A stretch of DNA of 63,627 bases, the filler included, from Octopus bimaculoides (taxonomy: Eukaryota): the NCBI RefSeq assembly GCF_001194135.2. It is 5 parts of 4 records of this genome, joined end to end, with 100 filler letters (N's around TTAATTAATTAA, not from the genome) between each part and the next. Parts side by side here need not be neighbours in the genome. Positions count along the whole stretch, not along the records: positions 1 to 28,615 come from NC_068989.1; positions 28,716 to 48,618 come from NC_068989.1; 3 more parts are not named here. One strand, given 5' to 3'. The position numbers and the translations under genes are program-made. The number at the start of each line of letters is the position of its first letter. The stretch's first letter is position 1. Below the pieces are notes generated by a model. It did not search any database, had not been told where the DNA came from, and saw only the letters and a list, made by a program, of their open reading frames with translations. Of this stretch, positions 25,253 to 35,957 are shown piece by piece.

Positions 25253-26894
25253 CATTTAAGTAAAGATATATATATATATAATATATTCAAGTATAATATA
25301 TATANNNNNNNNNNNNNNNNNNNNNNNNNNNNNNNNNNNNNNNNNNNNNNNNNNNNNNNNNNNNNNNNNNNNNNNNNNNNNNNNNNNNNNNNNNNNNNNN
25401 NNNNNNNNNNNNNNNNNNNNNNNNNNNNNNNNNNNNNNNNNNNNNNNNNNNNNNNNNNNNNNNNNNNNNNNNNNNNNNNNNNNNNNNNNNNNNNNNNNNN
25501 NNNNNNNNNNNNNNNNNNNNNNNNNNNNNNNNNNNNNNNNNNNNNNNNNNNNNNNNNNNNNNNNNNNNNNNNNNNNNNNNNNNNNNNNNNNNNNNNNNNN
25601 NNNNNNNNNNNNNNNNNNNNNNNNNNNNNNNNNNNNNNNNNNNNNNNNNNNNNNNNNNNNNNNNNNNNNNNNNNNNNNNNNNNNNNNNNNNNNNNNNNNN
25701 NNNNNNNNNNNNNNNNNNNNNNNNNNNNNNNNNNNNNNNNNNNNNNNNNNNNNNNNNNNNNNNNNNNNNNNNNNNNNNNNNNNNNNNNNNNNNNNNNNNN
25801 NNNNNNNNNNNNNNNNNNNNNNNNNNNNNNNNNNNNNNNNNNNNNNNNNNNNNNNNNNNNNNNNNNNNNNNNNNNNNNNNNNNNNNNNNNNNNNNNNNNN
25901 NNNNNNNNNNNNNNNNNNNNNNNNNNNNNNNNNNNNNNNNNNNNNNNNNNNNNNNNNNNNNNNNNNNNNNNNNNNNNNNNNNNNNNNNNNNNNNNNNNNN
26001 NNNNNNNNNNNNNNNNNNNNNNNNNNNNNNNNNNNNNNNNNNNNNNNNNNNNNNNNNNNNNNNNNNNNNNNNNNNNNNNNNNNNNNNNNNNNNNNNNNNN
26101 NNNNNNNNNNNNNNNNNNNNNNNNNNNNNNNNNNNNNNNNNNNNNNNNNNNNNNNNNNNNNNNNNNNNNNNNNNNNNNNNNNNNNNNNNNNNNNNNNNNN
26201 NNNNNNNNNNNNNNNNNNNNNNNNNNNNNNNNNNNNNNNTATATGTATATATGTATATATTATATACATATATATACATATATACATATATATGTGTATA
26301 TGTATATGTATAGAAGTCGATATACATAAATGTATGTGTGCGTGTGCATTTCTCTGTGTGTGTGCGTGTGTGTGTTTATGCGTGTATTTGGCCTGACCTA
26401 TATTTTCGTATAAATAAAAGTTGACCTGTGTACGCGCTTTTTAGTATCATAATAATTCTCTGCAGTAATTGATTCTGCTTTGAAAATATCCTATTGTTAT
26501 GCTACAGCGCTGGAGTAGGCCGACCCACCTGCTTTTTTTCCCTTCTCTATATACAGTCATTCATTACGTTCGCAAGGCCGAACTTTAAGTCCTTCTTTCG
26601 GATGTAGTGCTTACTCAAGCATTTATAGAGTAAAACTATTATGTGGCAATTACGATCGTGTTGCCGTGTGTGCGAAATATTTGTTCTAGAATCGCACACT
26701 GACACATATGAACATGCTCTTTCTTTCCTTTTTCTTTCTTTTTTCTTTCTACCTTTCTTTCTCTCTCTCTCCCTCTTTCTATCCCCTCCCTCTCTATCCA
26801 TCTCACACCCTCAGGCACAAGAGTTACATACGTAGAGATACGCAGGCATACCAGCAGACCGATATATGAATATGTGTATGTGTATGAGTGTTTG

Positions 26895-26896
<2 letters not shown>

Positions 26897-26962
<66 letters not shown>
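26897..26962. repeat. (TATC)n microsatellite
   Basis: Direct reading. Confidence 0.95.
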
Positions 26963-26964
<2 letters not shown>

Positions 26965-26997
26965 ACGCACGCACACACACACACACACATACACACA

Positions 26998-27230
26998 GAG
27001 GTGTGGCTGTGTGGCAAGAAGATTGCTTGCCAACCACATGTATGGCACCTTGGGCAAGTGTCTTCTAATATAGCCTCGAGCCGCGCTATCACCTGACGAC
27101 CCATGATGGTGTGTTTACGTCACCGTAAATTAGCGGTTCGGCAAAAGACCGAAAGAATAAATACTAGAGTTACTAAAGCCGTTGTTCCAGCATAGCCACA
27201 GTCATATGACTGAAACAAATAAAAGAATAA
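26998..27230 (+). mobile_element. Internally deleted SINE, head type 3 + tail W
   Basis: Matches both ends of 33171-33567. Confidence 0.8.
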
Positions 27231-27243
27231 AAAAATATACACA

Positions 27244-27276
<33 letters not shown>

Positions 27277-27292
27277 GCGTGTGTGTGTGTTT

Positions 27293-27575
27293 GTGAAGGT
27301 GCGTGGTTTAGAGGTTGGGGCATTCGGCTCACGATCGTTGTGTCCTTGAGCAAGACACTTTATTTCACATTGCTCCAGTCCACCCAGCTGGCAAATATGA
27401 GTAGTACTTGTATTTCAAAGGGCCAGCCTTGTCACACTCTGTGTCATGCTGAATCTCCCTGAGAACTACGTTAAGGGTACATGTGTCTGTGGAGTGCTCA
27501 GCCACTTGCACGTTAATTTCACGAGCAAGCTGTTCCGTTGATCGTATCAGCTGGGATCACCGTCGTCGTAACTCC
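27293..27575 (+). mobile_element. SINE head type 2 + tail X
   Basis: Body as in the 24925-25252 element; tail is the reverse complement of 1960-2120. Confidence 0.85.
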
Positions 27576-27854
27576 TTATANNNNNNNNNNNNNNNNNNNN
27601 NNNNNNNNNNNNNNNNNNNNNNNNNNNNNNNNNNNNNNNNNNNNNNNNNNNNNNNNNNNNNNNNNNNNNNNNNNNNNNNNNNNNNNNNNNNNNNNNNNNN
27701 NNNNNNNNNNNNNNNNNNNNNNNNNNNNNNNNNNNNNNNNNNNNNNNNNNNNNNNNNNNNNNNNNNNNNNNNNNNNNNNNNNNNNNNNNNNNNNNNNNNN
27801 NNNNNNNNNNNNNNNNNNNNNNNNNNNNNNNNNNNNNNNNNNNNNNNNNNTGTA

Positions 27855-28200
27855 TGTATAGGTGCATATCTGGGTACAGGACATTGCAAACAAAACGTAG
27901 ACGAGAAAACACACAAGCCACATAGAGAACATTCTTCTTCATCAGCTACCCCCGTTTTAACACCGGCGTTTCGAAGAGCTGGGTAGGACGCATCATTAAA
28001 ACGGTTCTTCCCATGGACCGCAAATTAAATTTGTATACACAAATTAAACCTTGCCATGGAGGAATGTTTGTGGCGGACAAAAAACAAGACAGGAAAACAA
28101 ACAGAAAAGGCTATATGGCCAGACGGGAAAAATTATGTGTATGAACGCTGTGAGGCACGAACTTGAAAGTGGGGACGAAGTAAGTTCGCGTGTTTGCTCG
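27855..28200 (-). mobile_element. Dispersed repeat shared with 59575-59750 (PLE-associated?)
   Basis: GCATATCTGGGTACAGGACATTG.AAACAAAACGTAGAC...CTTCATCAGCT...GCGTTTCGAAGAG occurs in both places. Confidence 0.7.
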
Positions 28201-28228
28201 GCGATAGCCAAGGAAGAATATATATATA

Positions 28229-28527
28229 CAGGGTGCGATAAGCTAACTGTCGCCAATTTATACTTTCAATTTCAAGCAAGCGCTTTCTTTGTTTCCGATT
28301 TTGTAGACTACGCGTTACAGTAGGGTTAGTTGGGCACCGTCTGTGAGAATAACACCACCATGATGCAATTAACTCTGCTAGAAATTTTGGAACGACTGCT
28401 TGGCATTGGCGCTCGAAGCTTCAACACGAACATTTCAGAGTATTTGGGTGTCGATCAGAGGACAGTACAGAGGATTTGGAAAGAGTTGGATGAGTCTAAT
28501 GGTGATTTCGAAGATACGGCAGCTGGG
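28229..28527 (+). mobile_element. Tc1/mariner (DD37D/maT-like) 5' fragment
   Basis: TA|CAGGGTG terminus; HTH-like NISEYLGVDQRTVQRIWKELDE. Confidence 0.6.
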
Positions 28528-28583
28528 AAACCGCGATCCTCCGACCGTGAGTCTGCTGCCCTAACCACTGGGCCATTGCGCCT
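28523..28583 (-). mobile_element. SINE head type 1 fragment (tRNA-like part only)
   Basis: Matches 2260-2321. Confidence 0.85.
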
Positions 28584-28659
28584 CTACATAATATATATAT
28601 ATATATATATATATANNNNNNNNNNNNNNNNNNNNNNNNNNNNNNNNNNNNNNNNNNNN

Positions 28660-28671
28660 TTAATTAATTAA
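28660..28671. other. Artificial scaffold spacer (six-frame-stop TTAATTAATTAA inside N44 flanks)
   Basis: Same 12-mer centred in 100-nt gaps at 28660, 48663, 55241 and 62307. Confidence 0.97.
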
Positions 28672-28715
28672 NNNNNNNNNNNNNNNNNNNNNNNNNNNNN
28701 NNNNNNNNNNNNNNN

Positions 28716-28900
28716 GAGGATGATGATGGTGGTGGTGGTGATGATGATAATGATGGTGGTGGTGGTGGTGGTGAGGATGATGATGGTGGTGGGTGGTGGT
28801 TGTGTTGCTGTTGATGGCAATGGTGATGATGATGATGGTGGTGGCGGTGGTGATGATGATGATGGCGGTAATGACGGTGATGATGATAACGATGGTTGAG
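28716..28900. repeat. Degenerate (GAT)n/(GGT)n microsatellite
   Basis: Direct reading. Confidence 0.9.
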
Positions 28901-29213
28901 TTGGCGATGGAGTCGACGACAATAGAAGATCACGTTGATAATGCTGACGATGATTTCTAACTGAGACGGACAAGTCTACTTGGGATAAATATATTCTTGT
29001 CAGTTAAACCACTCCTGCCCCTTTAACCCGTTCGTGACTAGATCTTTGCTTAATATACACTGTCTAAATGTTTTAATTAATTCCAAAAATAATTAGTTTT
29101 GAAAATAATCAAGAATTTGAAAGGATTTAACAAAGTAATTAAATTTCTGTGTGTATTAATCTAATATGTGGAATTTCACTTCCCAAAATGTTCTTTTATA
29201 AATTTATTTTAAT

Positions 29214-29400
29214 CTCTTACATGTTTCAGTCATTGGACAGCAGCCATTCTGGGGTGCCATTTTGTAGGGTTTACTCAGACAAATTCACTTAAGTACTTTT
29301 GCCTTAAGTTTGTTGGGTCTCTTTTGCCAAACTGCTAAGTTGTGCAGATGTAAATGAACCAACACTGGTTGTCAAGCAATGGTGGTGGTGGTGGGCAAAC
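29214..29400 (-). mobile_element. Old SINE tail W fragment
   Basis: Degenerate reverse complement of 33400-33560. Confidence 0.6.
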
Positions 29401-29451
29401 ACAGGTACAGTAATACACACACACATATATATATATTATTATCATTGTCAT

Positions 29452-29695
29452 TATAGTTTAATGTCCGCTTCCCATGCTGGCATGGGTCAGACAGCTTGAC
29501 TGAGGACTGGCAAGCCAGAAGGCTGCACCAAGCACCAATCTGATCTGGCAGAGTTTCTACAGCTGGATGCCTTTCCTCATGCCAACCATTCTGAGAGTGT
29601 AGTGGGTGCTTTTTATGTGCCACTGGTACAGGGGCCAGTCAAGTGGCACTGGCATTGACCATGTTCGGATGATGCGTTTTACGTGCACCATGTGG
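29452..29695 (-). mobile_element. SINE-like repeat with RTE-like 3' tail (..GGCATCCAGCTGTAGAAAC..CATGGAAAGCGGACATTAAAC)
   Basis: Reverse complement of 43650-43890. Confidence 0.8.
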
Positions 29696-31430
29696 TCATA
29701 GTGGTGATGGTGGTGGCGGTATTGGCAGTGGTGGTGATGGTGGTGGTGATGACGGTGGTGATGACGGTGGTGGTGGTCGTCATTGTGAAGGTGGTGGTGG
29801 ATGCGATAGTAGTAGTGGTGGGCTGTGTATTAGGGCTCTTTCTCCAAATATGGAGAAGGAATGAGCTAGGCACTAGAAAACCTGATATGCGACTGGAACT
29901 GATGTGCAACACATCACAGAATGAAAATACGTGTGTGTATGTGTGTGCAAGTGTGTGTTTGTGTGTATGTGTTAGTGTGCATGCGTATGTGTGTTTGTGT
30001 TAGTGCATACACATGGGTGTGTTTCTGTGTATGCGAGAGTTTTTGTGTGTGCGTCAATGTGTATTTATGTGTGCCTATGTGTATGTGTGTTTATCATGTG
30101 TATGCTTATGCGTGTGTNNNNNNNNNNTGTGTGCCTATGTGTATGTGTGTTTATCATGTGTATGCTTATGCGTGTGTTTATGTGTGCATGTATGCATAAT
30201 GTTTGTGTGTGTGTGTGTGTGTGTATTATATAAGTGATCATTATGTGTATATATGCAAATTCTGTGTGTGTGTGTGTGTGTGTATGTATGCATATTATGT
30301 GTGTGTGTATGATTATTCTGTGTGTTGTTTGGGTCCTTAATATTTAATGTTTATCCTTTTCTTCTTTTGTTTGTTTGTTTGTTTGTTTCCAGAATGTTCT
30401 AAAAGAGAGAATTTAGACTTAGAACATTGACTTTTAGATTGTCTCTACCTAATCTAATATTTTTCAATATTTATGTGCAATTTATGGTCTGTTGTTTTAC
30501 TTTAATGTCTTCTTTTTCTTCTTTCTCAATAAATATATAAATATATCACCATCGCTGCCACCACAACCACCACCAACAACACCATCATAGCCACCACCAC
30601 CACCACCACTAGCATCATCATAGTCAGTCTCAATATGGGTCGTTGCTTGCAAGAAATAGCAGCCAAATCTCCTTTGAATGACATTCTACAAGTTCTATAA
30701 GCCAAAAAAGATATATTGAAATGATATACAAATAGGTAGGATGGGCGTGGCTAGAATGTTTATAATATTAGGCTTGCTCGACGAGGGCTGATTTGGAACT
30801 AAACTGCAATAATATTATCATTGTTATCATTTTAATGGCCATATTTCCATAATGGCAGGTTTGGAAGAATTAGCCGAAGAGTATATAACCAACCACCACA
30901 TGTGTGCACACACACACACACACACACACACATTCACAATACATACTCACATGCATATAATACACTTACACACACATATAAAAGACACACATACACACAT
31001 GTATGTATGTGATGGATGGATCTCTGTCTGTTTCAATAATGAGGAATCAGCTGTTTGAAAAGCTGAAATTACCTGTTCATTGGTATGTTCTTGCAGAATA
31101 TTGGAAATGGATGACACTGCTTGTATAACAGTGACACTCATTTACAGTTATGATGCTATGTCAAGACAAGGAAACAATAACATACATCCACACACACACA
31201 CCTTACTTTTACTTTGGAGAACATTGGTGGCACAGAAAGGAGAAGCGTGCATGTAGGGGTTAACTAAGTGCTTGTCTTCCATTACAAAAACAAAAAAAAG
31301 GCATCAGTTTCGCTTGCTTAGGTGGACTTGCAAATGCCATGGGGACTGACCTTTCCTCTAGACCCAGCAAATAAAAAAAAAATTCCATTTTTGCATTGAA
31401 GCCTAGTAAGAGGCCCAGCAGATTGGTGAG

Positions 31431-31522
31431 TTTTGTAGTGGTCAAGTACAGCTTGAAATTTTGCAGTGGTCAAGTACAGCTTGAGATTTTGCAGTGGTCA
31501 AGTACAGCTTGAGATTTTGCAG
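31431..31522. repeat. 28-bp minisatellite GCAGTGGTCAAGTACAGCTTGAGATTTT, about 3.2 copies
   Basis: Units start at 31435, 31463 and 31491. Confidence 0.95.
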
Positions 31523-31624
31523 GCAATTGTTTATTTAGCTTCAGGCAAGCCATGATACAACAGTCCTATTATCTAAAACATTTCAGCTTTGATCAGCCAT
31601 TCTAATTAGACACAGTATGTCTAG

Positions 31625-31878
31625 ATTATTTACATTTAACAGATATTTGTCCTCATCTTGTTTATTGTTAACTCAATGTTTCGGCTGATATACCCTCCAA
31701 CCTTCATCAGGTGTCTTGGGGAAATTTTGAACCTGGGTTCTCATTCCTAAGGTATTTTTCGATGTTATTATTATTGCTAGCATGGAAAGCGGACGTTAAA
31801 CGATTATTACTCAGGTCACTGCCTGGAATTGAACTCGGAATCTTGGGGTTAGTAGCCCACGCTCTTAACCACTACATC
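31625..31878 (-). mobile_element. tRNA-headed SINE with (TAA)n linker and hammerhead-like 3' module
   Basis: GTAGTGGTTAAGAGCGTGGG..GAGTTCAATTCC head; GACAC-CTGATGA-A-GGTTG..CAGCC-GAAA-CATT-GAGTT. Confidence 0.8.
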
Positions 31879-31886
31879 CTATGCCT

Positions 31887-32067
31887 GTGGCGTAGTGGTT
31901 AAGAGTGTGGGCTACTAGCTCCAAGATTCCGAGTTCGATTCCAAGCAGTGACCTGAATAATAATAATAATAATAACAACAACAACAACATCATAAAATAC
32001 CTTAAGAATGAGAACCCAGGTTCAAAATTTCCCCAAGACACCTGATGAAGGCTGGAGGGTATATCAG
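31887..32067 (+). mobile_element. Second copy of the same SINE, head-to-head, truncated inside the hammerhead-like motif
   Basis: TGGCGTAGTGGTTAAGAG..GAGTTCGATTCC..CCCCAAGACACCTGATGAAGGCTGGAGGGTATATCAG. Confidence 0.85.
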
Positions 32068-33170
32068 AAGCAGTCGTTAGTTCAGAGGAGAAAGAGTCAT
32101 CAAATGCCATGCTGTTAAACCTCAAAAATGCAGTGTTGTGTTGTTCAGTCACACATCATTAATCAAAAGCATTTCAACCACGACCATCAAATCACTTTTG
32201 TTCAATGTACCCTCCTTTTTATAAAGCAGTAGGGGTTGCTATTTCTAGTGTGCCCAGTGACCATGTAGAGGCCTCTTTGCTGGTTTAACATATAACAAGG
32301 TTTTCAAATTTGCAGTAATGATGTTATGATGTGCAAGTGTTTCCACTGCACGTGCAAAACCCATCAACATATATCTGTTCCTTTTGAGCGTGTGAACTGG
32401 ATAATTTTTGCATGTAATTTGGAGTGCATATTTGATGACGTCAGAAATTTACATTCTACTTTGAATATTAAAGGAATACGAAGGAGAAATTTATAAATGC
32501 AAGCAAAGAGATTTTGACCACAAAAATATTTATGATAATAAATAAATTTTCCCGCAGGGCTTGTGAATATTTCTGTTTTTTTAAAGATGATTTTGCAATG
32601 TATTTCGTGGGTGTTTTAAATGTATATTTTAGTTTGAATCTTGAAAAGATAAAATGTGATTAATATGTAAAGTTTACTGGCAAACATATTGCAATGAATA
32701 AAACACCACCACCACCAAATCCGACACCACCACCGCTACCGCAATATAAATATGTTATGTACACCAATCTGTGTACTTTATGTAAACACAAAAACTTTAG
32801 AAGTAATTTTGTCAAGTATTTCACAGCGACACGTATATGCATACCATGTGCTATCTTGAAATTGCAATGCAAGAATGATTACAATATGCAAATGTTTGCT
32901 TGTGGATTGGAAAACATACAAATCCATGAATTTAATAAACACATGTAAATCTGCAATATTTTCTTTTTGTTTTTTGGGTTTTTTTTTCTTCTTTAATTTT
33001 TGGCCTGTTTTTCATGGGGTTATCAGTAATATACTTGTGTTCTGCTTTAAAACATTCAAGATGAAATGTAGTTAAAACAATTCAACGTCTCTGGAAAAGA
33101 TGGCTTGGATTTGTTCGAGTCAAATTGCACCATCCATCATGATTCTGCAAAACATACACTAAACCTGTAG

Positions 33171-33326
33171 AAGTGGCTATGTGGTAAGTAGCTTGCTTAT
33201 GAACCACATGGTTCCGGGTTCAGTCCCACTGCGTGGCACCTTGGGCAAGTGTCTTCTACTATAGCCTCGGGCTGACCAAAGCCTTGTGAGTGGATTTGGT
33301 AGACGGAAACTGAAAGAAGCCTGTTG

Positions 33327-33371
<45 letters not shown>

Positions 33372-33567
33372 TTGTGTGTCTGTGTTTGTCCCCCACAAGA
33401 ACCGATGCTGGTGTGTTTACGTCCCCGTAACTTAGCGGTTCGGCAAAAGAGACCGAAAGAATAAGTACTAGGCTTACAAAGAATAAGTCCTAGGGTCGAT
33501 TTGCTCGACTAAAGGCGGTGCTCCAGCATGGCCACAGTCAAATGACTGAAATGAGTAAAAGAGTAAC
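33171..33567 (+). mobile_element. Full-length SINE, head type 3 + CORE-like body + (TA/TG)n + tail W
   Basis: GTGGCTATGTGGTAAG (A-box-like), GGTTCAGTCCC (B-box-like), tail ending GACTGAAATGAGTAAAAGAGTAA. Confidence 0.92.
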
Positions 33568-33984
33568 NNNNNNNNNNNNNNNNNNNNNNNNNNNNNNNNN
33601 NNNNNNNNNNNNNNNNNNNNNNNNNNNNNNNNNNNNNNNNNNNNNNNNNNNNNNNNNNNNNNNNNNNNNNNNNNNNNNNNNNNNNNNNNNNNNNNNNNNN
33701 NNNNNNNNNNNNNNNNNNNNNNNNNNNNNNNNNNNNNNNNNNNNNNNNNNNNNNNNNNNNNNNNNNNNNNNNNNNNNNNNNNNNNNNNNNNNNNNNNNNN
33801 NNNNNNNNNNNNNNNNNNNNNNNNNNNNNNNNNNNNNNNNNNNNNNNNNNNNNNNNNNNNNNNNNNNNNNNNNNNNNNNNNNNNNNNNNNNNNNNNNNNN
33901 NNNNNNNNNNNNNNNNNNNNNNNNNNNNNNNNNNNNNNNNNNNNNNNNNNNNNNNNNNNNNNNNNNNNNNNNNNNNNNNNNNNN

Positions 33985-34140
33985 AAGTGGCTATGTGGTA
34001 AGTAGCTTGCTTATGAACCACATGGTTCCGGGTTCAGTCCCACTGCGTGGCACCTTGGGCAAGTGTCTTCTACTATAGCCTCGGGCTGACCAAAGCCTTG
34101 TGAGTGGATTTGGTAGACGGAAACTGAAAGAAGCCTGTTG

Positions 34141-34185
<45 letters not shown>

Positions 34186-34381
34186 TTGTGTGTCTGTGTT
34201 TGTCCCCCACAAGAACCGATGCTGGTGTGTTTACGTCCCCGTAACTTAGCGGTTCGGCAAAAGAGACCGAAAGAATAAGTACTAGGCTTACAAAGAATAA
34301 GTCCTAGGGTCGATTTGCTCGACTAAAGGCGGTGCTCCAGCATGGCCACAGTCAAATGACTGAAATGAGTAAAAGAGTAAC
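33985..34381 (+). mobile_element. Identical copy of 33171-33567 across a gap (probable assembly duplication)
   Basis: Appears base-identical and abuts the N run. Confidence 0.85.
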
Positions 34382-34803
34382 CACGTAACCACGTTTCATG
34401 CTTCTACAGAAGGTGGTGAATAAAAATTTCTCCTGGACAGTTTATATATGTGAAATTCATGTCAAGGAATCCATAAAAGTGGATCATAAGGGTATTCTTG
34501 CTTAGTTTGCCGCCAGTGTCTTGCAAATCTCATACCTTTCTCTTTCTCCCTCTCTCTCTCTCTCACCCTCTAATGGTATCCCTAATTTTGAGAAGACCAC
34601 TAACTGCTGTAAAGTCTTTGTTTCTTCAGATACTTTTTCCCAAAGTTATTCTGAATGGTTCATAATGTACCTATAGAAGTCCCATCAAGCTTTGCCTCCA
34701 GGTGTTTGATGGATGTTACTACATCTGGTTTTATCAAACACTCCAGTCTTTTAGAAAGTTAAAGAAGTGTTTGTTTCTCTACAAGGTAAACCAAAATATA
34801 TTG

Positions 34804-35095
34804 TCGTTTAATGTCCGCTTTTCATGCTGGCATGGGTTGGACGGTTTGACTGAGGACTGATGAACCAGAGGCTGCACCAGGTTCAATCTGATCTGGCAAA
34901 GTTTCTACAGCTGGATGCCCTTCCTAACGACAACCACTCCGAGAGTCTAGAGGGTGCTTTTACATGCCACTGGCAATAGGGCCAGTCAGGCGGTTCTGGC
35001 AACAACCACACTCAAAAGGTGTTTTTTACATGCTACCTGCATGGAAACCAGTCCGGCAGTACTGGCAATGACCACGCTTGAATGTTGTTTTTCAT
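34804..35095 (-). mobile_element. SINE-like repeat with RTE-like tail
   Basis: Same family as 29452-29695 and 43519-43911. Confidence 0.8.
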
Positions 35096-35119
35096 ATATG
35101 TAACCACATGTGGATCGTT

Positions 35120-35270
35120 GACAATTTTTTTCCCTCCATCTTCCTTTTCTATTGGATTTGTCTCTGCTTTTGAAGAAGAGCGTTGCTCGAAATGTTAAAC
35201 CATCTTTCCTTCCCTGAGTGTCTGATAATACTTTACATGTACCATGTCCCCATATTGTCGTTTTTGGGGA
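35120..35270 (+). mobile_element. Short repeat with minimal hammerhead-like core
   Basis: TTGAAGA-A-GAGC-GTT-GCTC-GAAA-TG-TT; context similar to the 44551 and 55641 copies. Confidence 0.55.
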
Positions 35271-35319
35271 TTTATATATATATATTATTGCCCTACTTTT
35301 TACATGAATCTCTACCCCA

Positions 35320-35403
35320 TTATTGCCCCACTTTTCTTCAATGCCCCCTTGGAACTTCCCCCCCCCACCCAGGAGCAAATACTGCCCACTTTGGGAATCA
35401 CTG
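35320..35403 (-). mobile_element. Possible hAT (Charlie-like) terminal fragment
   Basis: Reverse strand starts CAGTGATTCCCAAAGTGGGC, like Charlie-type TIRs; no partner end found. Confidence 0.35.
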
Positions 35404-35911
35404 CTTTAGATCACAGTCCTAATGCTGGATTTGGGCTGATCTGAGTGAAATAGCAACAAAGAAGAAAGAAAAACCTGAAGAAAGAAAGAAAGAAAGAAAG
35501 AACCTGGTAATGACAACAATGAGATTGGTACTATCAAGGACAGCAATGTCGACAACATCATTTAGTGTTAGAAGCAAAGTGAAAGGGTAAATGGGGAGGA
35601 AGGGGAGAGGAGGAGGAGGAGGAGGCAGATGGGAGGTTTGGAATTTTTAACATTGAAATCTCCTTAACGACAAGAACTACACAAATATGTCATATGTTAA
35701 GATAGGCTGCACGTGTGTACGTGTGTGTGTGTGTGTGTGTGCATGTGTGTGTATGATATGTATGTGTGTGTGTATGTGTGTGTGTACATGTTTGCATGTA
35801 TGTGTGTACCTGTGTGAGTCTACGTGCATATATCTGTGTGCGTTTATTTGCATGTGTTTGAATGAGCAAGAATATGCATCAGTGTGTGTGTGTGTGTATA
35901 TATATATGCGC

Positions 35912-35957
<46 letters not shown>

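Noticed and set aside
26500-26700. Possible coding exon (acceptor at 26555 on +, donor CAG|GTGGGT on -)
   Set aside because: Signals conflict between strands, no matched pair was found, and the translations are unrecognisable.
27930-27982. A complete type II hammerhead reading
   Set aside because: The segment between the cleavage triplet and CTGATGA cannot form stem I, and stem II pairing is weaker in the 59.7-kb copy; kept only as a low-interest motif.
30068-30180. Short exact duplications on both sides of 10-nt gaps (also 8555-8640, 50005-50072, 62745-62852)
   Set aside because: Typical negative-gap assembly artefacts.
31431-31522. CRISPR-like array (28-bp repeats)
   Set aside because: Units are contiguous with no spacers, there are no cas genes, and the context is eukaryotic.
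31887-31955. tRNA gene-like sequences (also 2250-2321, 25190-25252, 33171-33240, 58915-58984)
   Set aside because: They have A/B boxes but no complete cloverleaf and continue into repeat bodies; SINE heads, not tRNA genes.
33171-34381. Identical 397-bp direct repeats resembling LTRs
   Set aside because: Both are the same SINE copy abutting a gap, with no TG..CA ends or PBS; most likely an uncollapsed contig overlap.
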